Shown piece by piece: positions 49,105 to 61,483 of a stretch of 64,000 nucleotides of DNA. This DNA is from Bugula neritina (Eukaryota > Animalia > Bryozoa). The notes beneath the pieces are model-generated. The model was not told where the DNA came from. It saw only the letters and a program-made list of their open reading frames with translations, and ran no database searches. A program made the translations under genes and the position numbers. The first letter of the stretch is position 1; every line of letters begins with the position of its first letter. Location: the NCBI GenBank assembly GCA_964035545.1, contig OZ037771.1, positions 1,685,628 to 1,749,627 of the forward strand. Direction: 5' to 3'.

Positions 49105-52100
49105 CATTATTATAAATTCTAATAATCCTAATATCATGAAATGTTTTAATAGTGAAACAGATAAGACTTTGCTGTGTAGTCTGCGCAACTAGACAATAGA
49201 ACCTGGCCCTGGGGATGAGTGGGCGCCATAGTAACGGCTATTTCTATTTTTTGCACTTCTGGTATAATAAACCAATAGAATGGCGGGTTTTGAAAGAGTT
49301 CGGTCAAAAAGTATCTCTAAGTATATCTACAATGCAATAATACGCTATAATTATGTAATAGCTTACTACTAATAAGTGACTCTAATTTAGAGTAGAGAAA
49401 CTGTTTACAAAAATAGATGTAAAGTGGTGTTTGCTATGAAGTATTAACTGTAATAACATAAACTTAGCTAGCAACTGCGAGCAGAAACCAAGTGGCTTTG
49501 TATGTATCTATTCATATGTATGAATAGGGCTAGTTAAAATGTCAACAGCCAAAACACTGCATTGAATACACATTGAAGGACAACACGACTAGAAGGACAA
49601 ACTGATACTAAAGAATAACATATCTTCACTAGCTGTTAGCATAATTCAAACATCGTAGTTTTTCCTTTCACTTCTTGTTCAGCAAACAAACTTATAAATA
49701 TTATGCCAGTCTATTTTGGTCACTATTCCGTAACCCCATTCTAGAACAAACACATATCTTGACTATCTAAATCTAGTGTTAAATGATGACAGATTCTTAG
49801 TTTCTGCTAAAGATTACATAAACACTTCCCAGAAACGTAGAGATAAGCAGTGCATCAATGAGTAGATTAGAAAAAGCCTGCATGTTTTCTAGATGAAAAA
49901 TATAGCAAAAAGAGAATTTTTACCTGAGCTCCAGGCAAAATCCCATAAAGAAAATGAAGAAATTTAGGCTACTTGATATTTTCAGTTGCTGCATCTAAAC
50001 TGCTAACAATAATTACCACCAGGTAATTTTCAAAACCAATAAAACTTGAAATAATTTCATTTATTTGGCTAGGCCTCTGTCTAGGGAAAAAAGTTGAGTA
50101 AAGCATGCCCTTGAAACCCTGAATACTTGAAAATATTTTATCCAGCTATTGGTGTGACATTCAAATTTAGTTGAAACTAAAGTTAGCAATCTGCACGTAA
50201 CTAATGGAATCACCAACGAGGTTAGCCAGTTGTAGTATATTCTCTAGAAAACTAACTTTGCATATTTGATAGCAGATTACATGATGCAGGCAAGTCTGCA
50301 AGCTGAATGTGGGGCCCCAGGCTAAAGGTGGGACTGCCGGCTAGATGTGGGATTGCAATCTGGAAGTGGTACAGCAGGTTGCAAGTGAGAGATGTTTGCT
50401 TTGGCTATTGAATATTCAGGCTAATTGCAAATGTATAATCACAGTTAACTATCAACAATTATTATCATAGCCGCAGCACACTTAAACCTGAGCTTACACA
50501 GTTAACAATTCAATACTAGATGTTTCTATTATAATGCTAGTACTGTCTAACTATGAATCAAGTTACAAGCTTATCACAGTTGAGATTAGCCTAAGTGATT
50601 TCACAGCTTCATTTGTGATAGGCGGCTCTATCCCAGCCCTAATTGAGCTACCGTAGCTTAGAAAGTCAGGTAAAGCTACCATAAGCAGCGAATGATAAAA
50701 CGATCAATCATCTATATGAGGAGAGATTGACAATCAGTAACACTTGATGTAATCACTTATCGTCGAATTACGAAACTGAGAAGCTGCAAGAATAAAAGAC
50801 AGTATCAGCTTCTGAAGAACACATTGCTCTTGGAGAGATCATGGCTTGATGCAGCCTACGTCTAGCTTCAATCATATTAATGAAAATCCTTTACCTTTTC
50901 ATCAAACATAACTTTAAGAGGTCCTTGAACCCTTATTTATGCTATCATAAATTGAACTACAATGCCCTTGTTGGCAAGGTCTGAACTGCAAACCAAAATG
51001 GACTTTTATGCAAAAATATAATTATACACAGAACATTATTACAAAGGCATGGACAAAGGATTATAGAAGTTAATATTACAAAATATACATTAATATAACA
51101 TTGTCTCAATTTGTAACCTAATTGGTTAAGAGAAAAAAGGGAATAGGTTGATGCAGCTCAAGGTTAGAGAGTCAATATTCCTCGAAAATGTGTTATTATC
51201 AAACACATAGTACAAAGCTTCCTTTAAAAGATACTGTGGCTGTCTGAACAAAATACAAATACTTTAATGTTGAATTCTACGCAGGTTGGCCAATTTATGA
51301 CGTGACAATACCAACTCTGCACTAGGGTACAAAGTACAGCTCAGCTTATGTTTCCTATAGCATTGGTTAAGATGTTCCAAACAGAATAGAAAGAAGTGGA
51401 CATGTTCTCATGCAGAGATTAGCTGATACTTTTTTACCAACAAAACTTGCTTACAGCTAAAAATGTAAGCAGATTTCGTTAGTTCTGTTATATTGTTAGT
51501 CTAAAGTCACATCCCCTGTGAGAACTAAAGATGGATACGAACAGTAACTAAGACTTTGCTTCAATGTGGTACACAATCCATTATGACTGAAAGCTCTTTT
51601 GATATGCCCCATAACTACACCTCCACCCAAAATCTATCAGGAAGTTAAAAAAAACTTGGGTTATTGAAACTCTTCCTTCACTGAATCTACAAGTGCGTTT
51701 AGCCCATCAGCCTTACGAAACATCTGCCATTCTAGAGCAGCGTCTCTTATAGCTGCCAGAGCTGCAATATTTGTAAAACTAAGAGTTGAAAAATTAAATG
51801 CTGGTAAAAACTCTTGTCTAAATCAATTTACTTAAATTGAGCCTTTATTTTGCAAGAGCTGCAACATGAGACTGATTATTTGGGGTTTCAGCAACTTCTC
51901 ATAAGCAGGTATCTCAAGATAACCAAAGGAGAAGGTTTAAGTCAAGGGTTCATGCCCCTACAGTATGTTGATGAGCTTTTAATAAGGTCACTCTCTCTGT
52001 TTCAGTACTATGATGCAGTAGATAAGAATTTATTTCACACCAGACCTGAACCCAAGAAGGTTTTCAATCAGTAGATGTCTTTTCATAGAATGTGATCTTT

Positions 52101-53324
52101 TGCCTTTCTTTGTGTTTTCAGTCATCATTTAATGGTGAATTATAACATATAAGTCTTCGTCATCTGCAAATAGCTCTACACTCAAACCAAAAGTATGGCC
52201 CCCAAAGCTAAGATCTTTCTTATTCTTTTATGATTAGTAAAATCCTATCCATTATTATAACAATCTAAGTAGGCATATTTTGATAATGCACTATACAGAT
52301 TGTTACAATAGGTTACACCATTTGAAGGTAACTGGTTCAGTCAAAGAATTAGGTCAATATAACTGTTACGTAATATGAGGAAACTGGCCCCACAGATCAG
52401 AACTAGATGAGGTGAATTTCTGTCATGGCCCCAGAGAATGTTCTTTGTTAACAATAACTTAGATTTTGAAGAACAACACCAAAAAGGGGAATAGTGTATA
52501 TAAGAAATAAAGCAAAAGTCGAAAAATCAAATCAACAAGTGTTGTTAGTAAACTGCACAGCTTAACTCAATAGATGGTTTTCACCCTACATTTTTCCAAA
52601 TGAGCAAAAATTGGATCCGTATGGCGTACCTCTACCCATACAGCAGAAGATTGGGGGATGGCACAAAGAATAATGTGCAGCTTCACGTTACAAAAGTGAA
52701 CTGATATGCAAATTTCATAGCATGTGGAAATCTACTAATAATGATGAATAGCTACTAATTCATACATATTCAAATATAAATGTTCATTGAAGAATTTGTA
52801 AGACGACTTATTTTTGGTGAGGAATAAATATACTTTATGGATAGCAACTTCAATAACTGTCATGCTAGTGAAAGCAGTATGTACCAGAAATATTTGAATT
52901 TTGAAAGACGTGATAAATCATTTGATAAATCCAAATGAGTGACAAAGCTACTATAAAGTTAGGTAAGATGATAATGGCCCATAAGGCTGAGCCAAGTCAA
53001 TGGATTAATGACTTTTCAGTGCTTACAACATTGCAGTGTAATAGGCAACACACTTTTATATGGCTAATTTCAACAAATCTAATAAAGACAATAGATAAGT
53101 TGTTCCAAGCTTTGTATTGAAAATACAATACTTTGCTTGCTATTAGGTACTGGGGTGAACACGCTAGGCTCTTCATCTATTCACAGGTGCTAGTAGCTCA
53201 AGATAAATATCAAAACACTTGGAATTATGTGTCAGTTTATCTTACTAGTTCACTCTTCAATTTGAACATTTAGACATCGTGCTACACATGCGTGTTGGCT
53301 GTGCTATAGCAATGCTCTCTCTAC

Positions 53325-53556
53325 TGTCATATATAAGTTTTACTGTAATATAGCAGTCTACAAATTCTACCATTATTATGTATATAAGTTTCACTGCATT
53401 GTAGCGATATATAAATGCTACCATCTGGCATTATATAAGGTTTATACTGCAGTACAGTTATATATAAACATTACAATCGTAATATATATACAAGTTTTAC
53501 TGTATTACAGTAATGTATAAACGTTACCATTATGCATATATACAAGTTTCAGTGCA
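53325..53556. repeat. Degenerate tandem repeat of about 50-55 bp (about 5 copies)
   Basis: Recurrent atat(a/ac)aagttt(t/c)actg..ta(c/t)ag..ta..aa..taccat pattern. Confidence 0.7.
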
Positions 53557-54820
53557 GGATATTATGTTAAATATCTTAACAAGCGCAATTTGGTTATCAA
53601 AATATCCAGTAAATAATGTGGGGACAACTGCTAAAATAGATAGGTGCAGATGAATTTTCGAGAACAAGTTATATCTAAATTGTCTAAATGACTTTGAAAT
53701 TGGATAGTCATAATTTCATAAACAAAAAATAAAAGATTAACCTTATCCCAGTATGACCGGAGAAGCAATTGTAAGTCAGGGGATTGTCCCTTCAAACCAG
53801 CTAAAGATGTTTCAATGGGCTTAATTCTCTCAGTTTCAGAAGGTGTGTGAATGGAGTGGCTAAAAATTTACTTCACTGCTATGGATCTGGACCCTTGAAG
53901 GTTGTAAATTCACAATCAGCGGAAGTTTTTCAACAAAATGTTTCATTCAGAGTACAGGCTTAAGAGACTTTCTACAAGTTCGTAAAGATAATATTTTTAT
54001 AATATGACTTATTCAAATAGCATGCAATTCTTAGCAAATTTAATAGCATAAATTGGTTCAGGGCTAGAATTGTCAGCCCAAATAGCAAACGTAACCATCA
54101 AAAACAAAGGGTATAACTTGAATGTAAAACAAAGTATCATTGCAGATTAACTGTTCTAATTATTATTATTCTAATTAATTATTCTGTTTATTTATAATCA
54201 ACTTACTATGCAAAAGCAACGATCTGAGAATATTAAAGGAATTGACGACAAAGACAAGACGACAAAACATCATCATAGATCACCTTTCCATCATGGTGTC
54301 TGTCAATAACAAATATCTAACGGGTGATTGCAGTAGCCTTCATGCATCTAGTGATGGTGAATAAATAAAGGAGAGAAATGTGAAGGCTTGAAATAAATAA
54401 TAAGTAATATGCTAGTAGTAATAATTATACCAACGTGGGTAGCAAGTTAGTGTGTGTAGCACCTTATAAGCAAGCACTCTATGAACCCAAGATACAAGTT
54501 TTCATAGTGATTAAACAAAGCGATTTATTGCATAAACTTATTATAAACTTAAATTAAATACTGAAATAATACTGTTCGGTAAAAATTTAAGTTGAATTTT
54601 AGTAAGCCTTTAGCAAAAGCCAACTAATCTAAAATGATTTACAAAAAAATTAAAAATCTGATGTAAAATATAATGCAGCATAAAGAGTAGGTTAGACTAA
54701 TACACAGCACCTAGTTTAAAGTCAAGTTTACATAGTAGACTAGTTGATTAGTTAATGTATGATTCAGGCAATTTGATTGGTCCAAGGGAAATGATTTGTC
54801 ACTCTTCAGTTGCTGAACAT

Positions 54821-57800
54821 TTAATGCCTTCTTTGAAGAGCTTGGAGAGCTGCCAAACGTCCTGGAGATCCCATGACGCCACCGCCTGCAACATGGGATG
54901 GCAGCGTGATATGACAGCGTGCTGACTGCGAACTACACATCATGTGACATGTTGAGGCAGGTGATGTTATAGTATGTGGACATTAAGCCCTGTAGACTCA
55001 TAATGTGAATTGTCTGTCCTTGCCAGTGTTGAGTTCTGCTTAGTATTTAATTAGTGAATTCAAAAGCTCTTGAGTTAACAAAGTGATATAGAGGTCTATG
55101 AAAACCCTACAATGACTTCTTAGTTTTGCATGCAAAGAAATCTAGAACCTAGACTCTAGTCAGTAGAGAAATGCTCTACTCATTCATGATGTGATAGCAA
55201 CCAACAGACAAAACAAAATTAGTAAACTACAATTGCAACTTCTGAAATGATTGATTTGTTTGAATAGTTGAACGTTAAAGATTGCTTGACAAATAAGTGA
55301 ACGAGAGAGAGAGAGAGAGAGGTAGGTATGTGAACCCACCTGGATGAGCACCGCTGCCGCAGATATATAAACCCTGTATAGGTGTAATGCTGCCAGAGAA
55401 CTTGGGTGTAGGTCTCGTCAGGTACAGTTGATCCAGCGCCATGGCTCCATGAAAAATATTCTAAATATTTAAACAAAAGTAATTCTTCAACGAAATCCAT
55501 TTGCAAATCAAAATATGACAACATGGACATCTTAGTATCACTGGTTAGACAACTCCCACAAAACATATAATTTTTTAGTATTATTTTACTTCTATTACTA
55601 TGATTCAACTACTTTAATATGATGGAACTAAAGTGCCAAGAACCTACCCCGCCTGTCAGTCCGAAGGTTCGCTCCAGGTCAGGAGGAGTAAGAATATCTC
55701 TGCCCACGACACTCTCCTTAAACCCAGGGGCGTACATTTCAATACTGTCAAACACTGCAATACAAAATCATAAATATTGATGTGTACTTTACAAGAATAT
55801 ATATGTACAATATACAAGAATATATATGTACAATATACAAGAATATATATGTACAATATACAAGAATATATATGTACAATATACAAGAATATATATGTAC
55901 AATATACAAGAATATATATGTATAATATAATAAACAATGTTAATGCATATTGTAATAAGTAATAATACATGTGTATAATACAATAGATAATAAATAGATA
56001 AAATATTATACAAACTGCTCTGCTTAATCCCTGTAAACAGAAGTAGATAAACAGAGCTCAGGAATACAATTTAACAGACAATTTGGTTACACTTGGCTAT
56101 TTTATATCCATTTATCTCTCATATTGAATTATTGTTCTGAGATTCTAGTTACTAAATATCAGAATATAAATCTAGTGACAGAAAAAGCTGCTCAGAATAA
56201 AGATGTAAAGCAGCAGCTTACCACAGTCAGCGTATTGACCTCTGGTGACATCATCCCACTGTCTGCCACCACTCAGCTCATACGGAGTGTACATGGTGAA
56301 CAGCAGCACCACGTGGTGACCTTCGGGGGCCAAGGTCAAATCTTTGCTCGATGGAATCGTCATCTCAATAACTGGCCTACGGGTAAACCGAAACATTTAT
56401 TCGGAGTATAGAGGTGAAGGTCAAATTGGTCAATTCTAAATTTTGCTTATTCCGGTTTCCAGAATTGAACAACCAATTGCATCTTACAAGAGTTAACAAG
56501 GGTGCAATGTATGTGATACGCAGTGTGTGACAAGGAAAGGTACCACAACTCCAACACCTTCACCGAGTACATGTGTACTAACCTGTGAAACCACTCCCCC
56601 TGTTGAGCAGATAGATACGCCTGATGAATGAGATCAGTACTCTCACAGTTGAGGTGAATCGTGCACTGGTGATGGGGAAGAGGCTGGTTGTCCGGTGTGT
56701 TTGGGGCTGCCAGGAAGTTCGGCAGCGTATTCACAGCCACTGCGGAGAGAGGGAGGGATATATGAGAAACAGAAGATCAGAGTGACAATGCAAACAGTGA
56801 ATGAAATCAGATGCAGCTTTTTACATGATAATGATATGAAATAATAACAAAATGGCAGTCAATTTTGTTATAAATTTAAGAAGCTACAACTATGATAGCA
56901 TACATTCAGACAGGGCAAATATATTCTAACAACAGATAACCCAATTTCTGAAAATAAGATGAGCTGTATTTAAAGTTGGGTGGCCATAACTCCGCAAAGA
57001 TTCAACTTGCAATAAATTGAATCCTAGAACAAAGACTGTTGAAGAAACGTATAGCCTGTCATCCAAACCAGTCAATTACTACAAAAACATAAGAGCAACA
57101 AAACCACGCCCTCAGGTTACTCCCCCCCCCCCCCGGGCTGTCTCTAGGTTTTCCCTCGGTTTTTCCCTAAATTTCTCCCGGGTTTCCCCTAGGTTTCCTC
57201 TAAACTAGTTATGTCTCACCATTAATCTTGGTCACCGGGGATGTGTAGTCAATAGCCTTGACTTCATCATAAAACTCCGAAGGCAAATCTCTCTAGAAAG
57301 GAAGGAAATAAAACACATTCTTCATTTAGCTTATAACTTTCAGACCAGTATTATCACCCGATGAAAGCTTTTCATTTGATTTTAGTAACAGTAGCCCAGT
57401 GACAATAACATAATTAATTAATTTCTCAAATAGGAAGAACACAGCTATATTTCACAGGAAGTAACTACTTTGCTCATAAGCTGGGTGAAGGTCACATGTG
57501 GAGTTGCGTTGGACAGGACGGTGCTAGCACGAATCTCTCTACCATCAGCAGTTACGACTCCGGTAACCTTCCCATCACGTGACTCAATGTGGGCTACAGA
57601 CTAAAGGAAGAAAACAGAAAGTACTACTTATTGATAGAGTTGGTATTGCCTGTTATCATATAGTACAATATAATACACATGTATACAGCTTATAAACATG
57701 CCGCAAAAATCCAATTGATATCAAGTGCCTTTTCTGATATTTAACAAAAACTGCACATAGACTTGGGTAAGGTGCTTTTACATAAGGCTATACAAGTGCT

Positions 57801-60800
57801 GACAACTCTTTAATGTATTGAAAGTAAAAGAGTTAGAATATATGCATCAAAGCGAGAAGATGTACCCTCTATAACTAATCATTTAAAGAACCAACTTCTA
57901 GCAAATAAATCTAATAAACCTTCTTTTAAAAACAAATTTTTGAGTTTTACAAGTTTATACTGAAAGTGGACAGCAAACTAAAACAGAGGCAAGCACCTGG
58001 TTAGTGAAGATCTCAACACTTTTATCTTTAGCTGATTTGGCGAGACAGTCACTCAACGCCCCCATACCTCCCTCAACATAGCCCCAGGCTCCTTTCCTTC
58101 CTTCCAACTCTCCCATCACGTGGTGTAAAAGAACATAACTACCAAAAAAGATAACAAAACAATTATAAGAATGAATGAATATCAGATTGACAAATGTTGC
58201 TACAATTAATATCATTATTATTCTAAACTAACAGCTTGTTGAAGATAAAATATATTTTCCTCCAATCAATGCAGACGATACCTGGAGCCAGATGAGTGCG
58301 GGCTGATCATTGCACCAATCACAGCGTCCGTAGCTAGTGTGGCCTTGAGAGGCTCCGACTCAAACCACTTATCTAGAACTTTAGTAGCTGGAGAAGTTAT
58401 CATCTCATAAAAAGATGGAATGTCAACGTTTAACCTTCGACCTGAAATCACACGAGGAAACAATTCATACACAGCATATTCCCACTGCCAACAAAAAAAG
58501 AAGATAACTTCAACTCAGCATCACACTGACTTATTAAATGCTAGTTTATGTTGGGTTGAAAGGCAAAGTCTACTTGCTAATGAATAAACTTAATACTATT
58601 AGATAACTATAGTGATGTGTTGTTTTACAAATCTTTATTCAATATGCAGCCCATGTGTTGCAGAAATAATAAATGTAAAAATATTCAGAATTCTTTTAGT
58701 GCAATCAGATCAACATTCAAAAGCTATTAGAATAACAATTAATGTAGAAAAAGAGCTTACTCCAATTACAACTAAAAAAACAATATATTTTATATTATGG
58801 AAAGTCAAATCAAATCTGTTTATAAAAACGTATTTTAGTTTTCACCCCCCCCACCTTATAAATGCTCAATTGCAAGCAAGAAATAATTTCATGCAAAAAT
58901 GGAGCACAGGAGAAGAAAACTCCCAGATAGTACTGAATGATGTTAGTATGCAGTATTAGCAGACATCTTGAATGGCTCACCAACTGTGACGAGAGGTTTG
59001 ACAGCGTCCCTCCACTCCCTCCATTTCTCCTGCAAGGAACCTGAGGCCAACTTGTGAATATTCGGAGGGGACGAGTCCAGTAACGGCTGTAGCGCCTCAA
59101 CTAAACTCGTCAACTTATCTTCGTATCGAAAATACGCCTGCAACGTTCACAGTAAGAGACTTATGGCTGTACTTTATAGCTGCATAAATCAACAATTCAT
59201 AATGATGACATATCACAGTACCACTCACTCATTGAATGAGCATACACTTTCAAAAACAAGGGGTAACAACTTCTAAGCGTAATAATTTCTTAACGTTAAA
59301 ATTTAAATAATGATGTATAGAACGGGTACTGTGTTACGACTAGATTAAAATATAATAATTGCATTCCAATATAACTTACAAAAAATTTCAACAAAATATT
59401 CTAATTTTAGAAAAGTACAATTGTCACATAATCATGCAATGTATGGTTTCTGCCGTAATATTTATAAAAAAATAAACACAATTATATCAACATCGATAAA
59501 TGTTTGGCTTCTAAATAAAGGACAACTTCAAATACTAAGGAAAACAACACACTGTCTCTAGAAGATCAAAAACCTACCCCAACTAATAAACCAAAGCTTG
59601 TGTCATGCAGCATGGAAAAAGAACACACAATTATTATTGCTGCCTGCTGTCTATATTACCTCAGCATCTTTGGCAGAAAACTGGGCTATTTGCTGATAGG
59701 TTTTACTGTGATCTGAGCCAATCAGCAGAGACCTCGGTACACCTGTACTCGGTGAGGGGTCCTCCAGCATTGGAGTAAATGAGTTGGGGTCTCGCATGTG
59801 CAACTTCAAGCCATATTTCTACAAAAATACTTATTTATATGTATATCTGCACGTATATATTTGCTTCTGTGGGTGTGTGGGTGTGTGCGCGAGTGTGTGT
59901 TGTGTGTGTGTGTGTTGGTAAGTGTGTGTGTTGTGTGTGAGTGTGCGCGAGTGTGCATGTATGCGTGTGTGTGCATGTGCATGTGAGTGTGCGAGTGTGT
60001 GTGTGTATGAGTGTATGAGTGTATTCTCATTCAAACGCTGAAGATAAATATAGTGGTATCCGAAATTCTATGTAACATATTATAACATATATAATATTAC
60101 ATCAAAATCATTTATATGCTTCAGAAACATGCTAGAATAAATACTATAACATAATGAATGGCAAAGTTTACTAAGTGCCTTTTTGAACTGAATGGTTACA
60201 GTATATAAAACAAAATATAAAAGATGCAATCAACTGTACATTGAATTTCATTTTGAATATTAACAACTACATACTATACAATGATCTCTAGAATTTATTA
60301 AGTCACCTTGAGCTCTAAATCCTTTAGAATTTGAGGTCTCAACAAACTAAGTACATAAGAACAGCGGGAGAATTTATAACCTACAAACATAAAGTGAACA
60401 TGACACTCACTTATAGAGCCAGATACTGAACACAGTGTGGGATAAACTACAGCTAATGTCAACAGAGATGCATGTTGAATCATGTAGGTCATGCAGCACC
60501 TAACTTGAGTTTCACTAATGAAAATTATTCTGCATTTTAAATGGTAGAAACCAACAGTGTTGAAAATTACATACTGCATTTATAAAACACTTAGCTCAGC
60601 TGTATTACAGCATCAGATGCTTTTATGTTGGGTTAAGTTGAAGTTTTCTAACATTACAACCAGTAGGTGAAGGAAAACTGCAGCTTTCAATGAAATATAA
60701 TTAAAATGTCAAATGAAACAAACAATGTATGAATTGCTTTGTACACAGAAAGGTGCATACCAATTGCTTTCTCATTCAACATTATTTCTTCACATATTTA

Positions 60801-61483
60801 AGTACTTCAACTGTGAAGGACTTTTATGTTTTAAAGCCCGAGATTACTTCTGCTAAAAAAATTTAGTTTAGATCAGCAAAGTTGCTGTTTCCTAATAAAA
60901 TCATTTTGAGTGAGTCTTATAAATAAAATTCAACCAGCTGATTACAATCTATTATTTAATTGTGTTCTTCTTTTAAGACTGAATGCATCAATTAAATTTA
61001 GATCAACTTCATACTGATTCTTTCATTATTTTGACAATCGATACAAATTTCTCACCAGGAATTATCTCCTCTGTGACCGCAGCACCACCCAGTACATGTC
61101 GCTTCTCCAATACACACACAGATTTGCCTCCTTTTGCCATGTAGGCAGCTGCTACCAGGCCATTGTGTCCTAAAATAAGTGCCCAACAACTCATCAAATA
61201 TACATACTCAGTTATAGTCGGTTGAAAATGCAACACATATAATTAGTCCAACTAAAAATAAGAAAAATAAACACCTCTTTAAGTCAATACAAATACATTT
61301 TCCAACTCAAAAATTAGCTTTATGAAGCTGAGAATTTGTGTATAGAAATGAAATCTTACCTCCACCTATTACTACAGCATCATAACTAGACCTGGGCTCG
61401 TGTCTTGCTGTAGAATGGAATCGCCACATGTGTTTAGAAAGCCTCAACATGAGTTTATTCTTGTTTAACTGCATTGTCGGCAT
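54821..61483 (-). CDS. PYROXD2: Pyridine nucleotide-disulfide oxidoreductase domain-containing protein 2
   Basis: 14 exons: 61483-61360, 61169-61056, 60380-60307, 59818-59660, 59137-58981, 58441-58282, 58138-57997, 57600-57469, 57292-57220, 56739-56583, 56376-56222, 55754-55648, 55460-55340, 54885-54821. Motifs [99 protein letters not shown]. The start may be a later ATG, e.g. 61450 (MLRLSKH..). Confidence 0.95.
55791..55928. repeat. 23-bp minisatellite, about 6 copies (ACAAGAATATATATGTACAATAT), near a PYROXD2 acceptor
   Basis: Units start at 55791, 55814, 55837, 55860, 55883 and 55906. Confidence 0.93.
57121..57203. repeat. C-run plus a degenerate repeat of about 11 bp (ggtttcccta) next to a PYROXD2 donor
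   Basis: Poly-C followed by about 6 imperfect units; the donor is at 57219. Confidence 0.7.
59868..60022. repeat. Imperfect (GT)n microsatellite
   Basis: Explains the His/Thr-rich and Cys/Val-rich spurious ORFs at 59798-60034. Confidence 0.93.

Noticed and set aside
55340-55400. Apparent frameshift in PYROXD2 near GLYxCGSG
   Set aside because: Re-reading gives GGT TTA TAT ATC TGC GGC AGC GGT, which is in frame.
59798-60034. His/Thr-rich and Cys/Val-rich ORFs
   Set aside because: They are translations of a (GT)n microsatellite.
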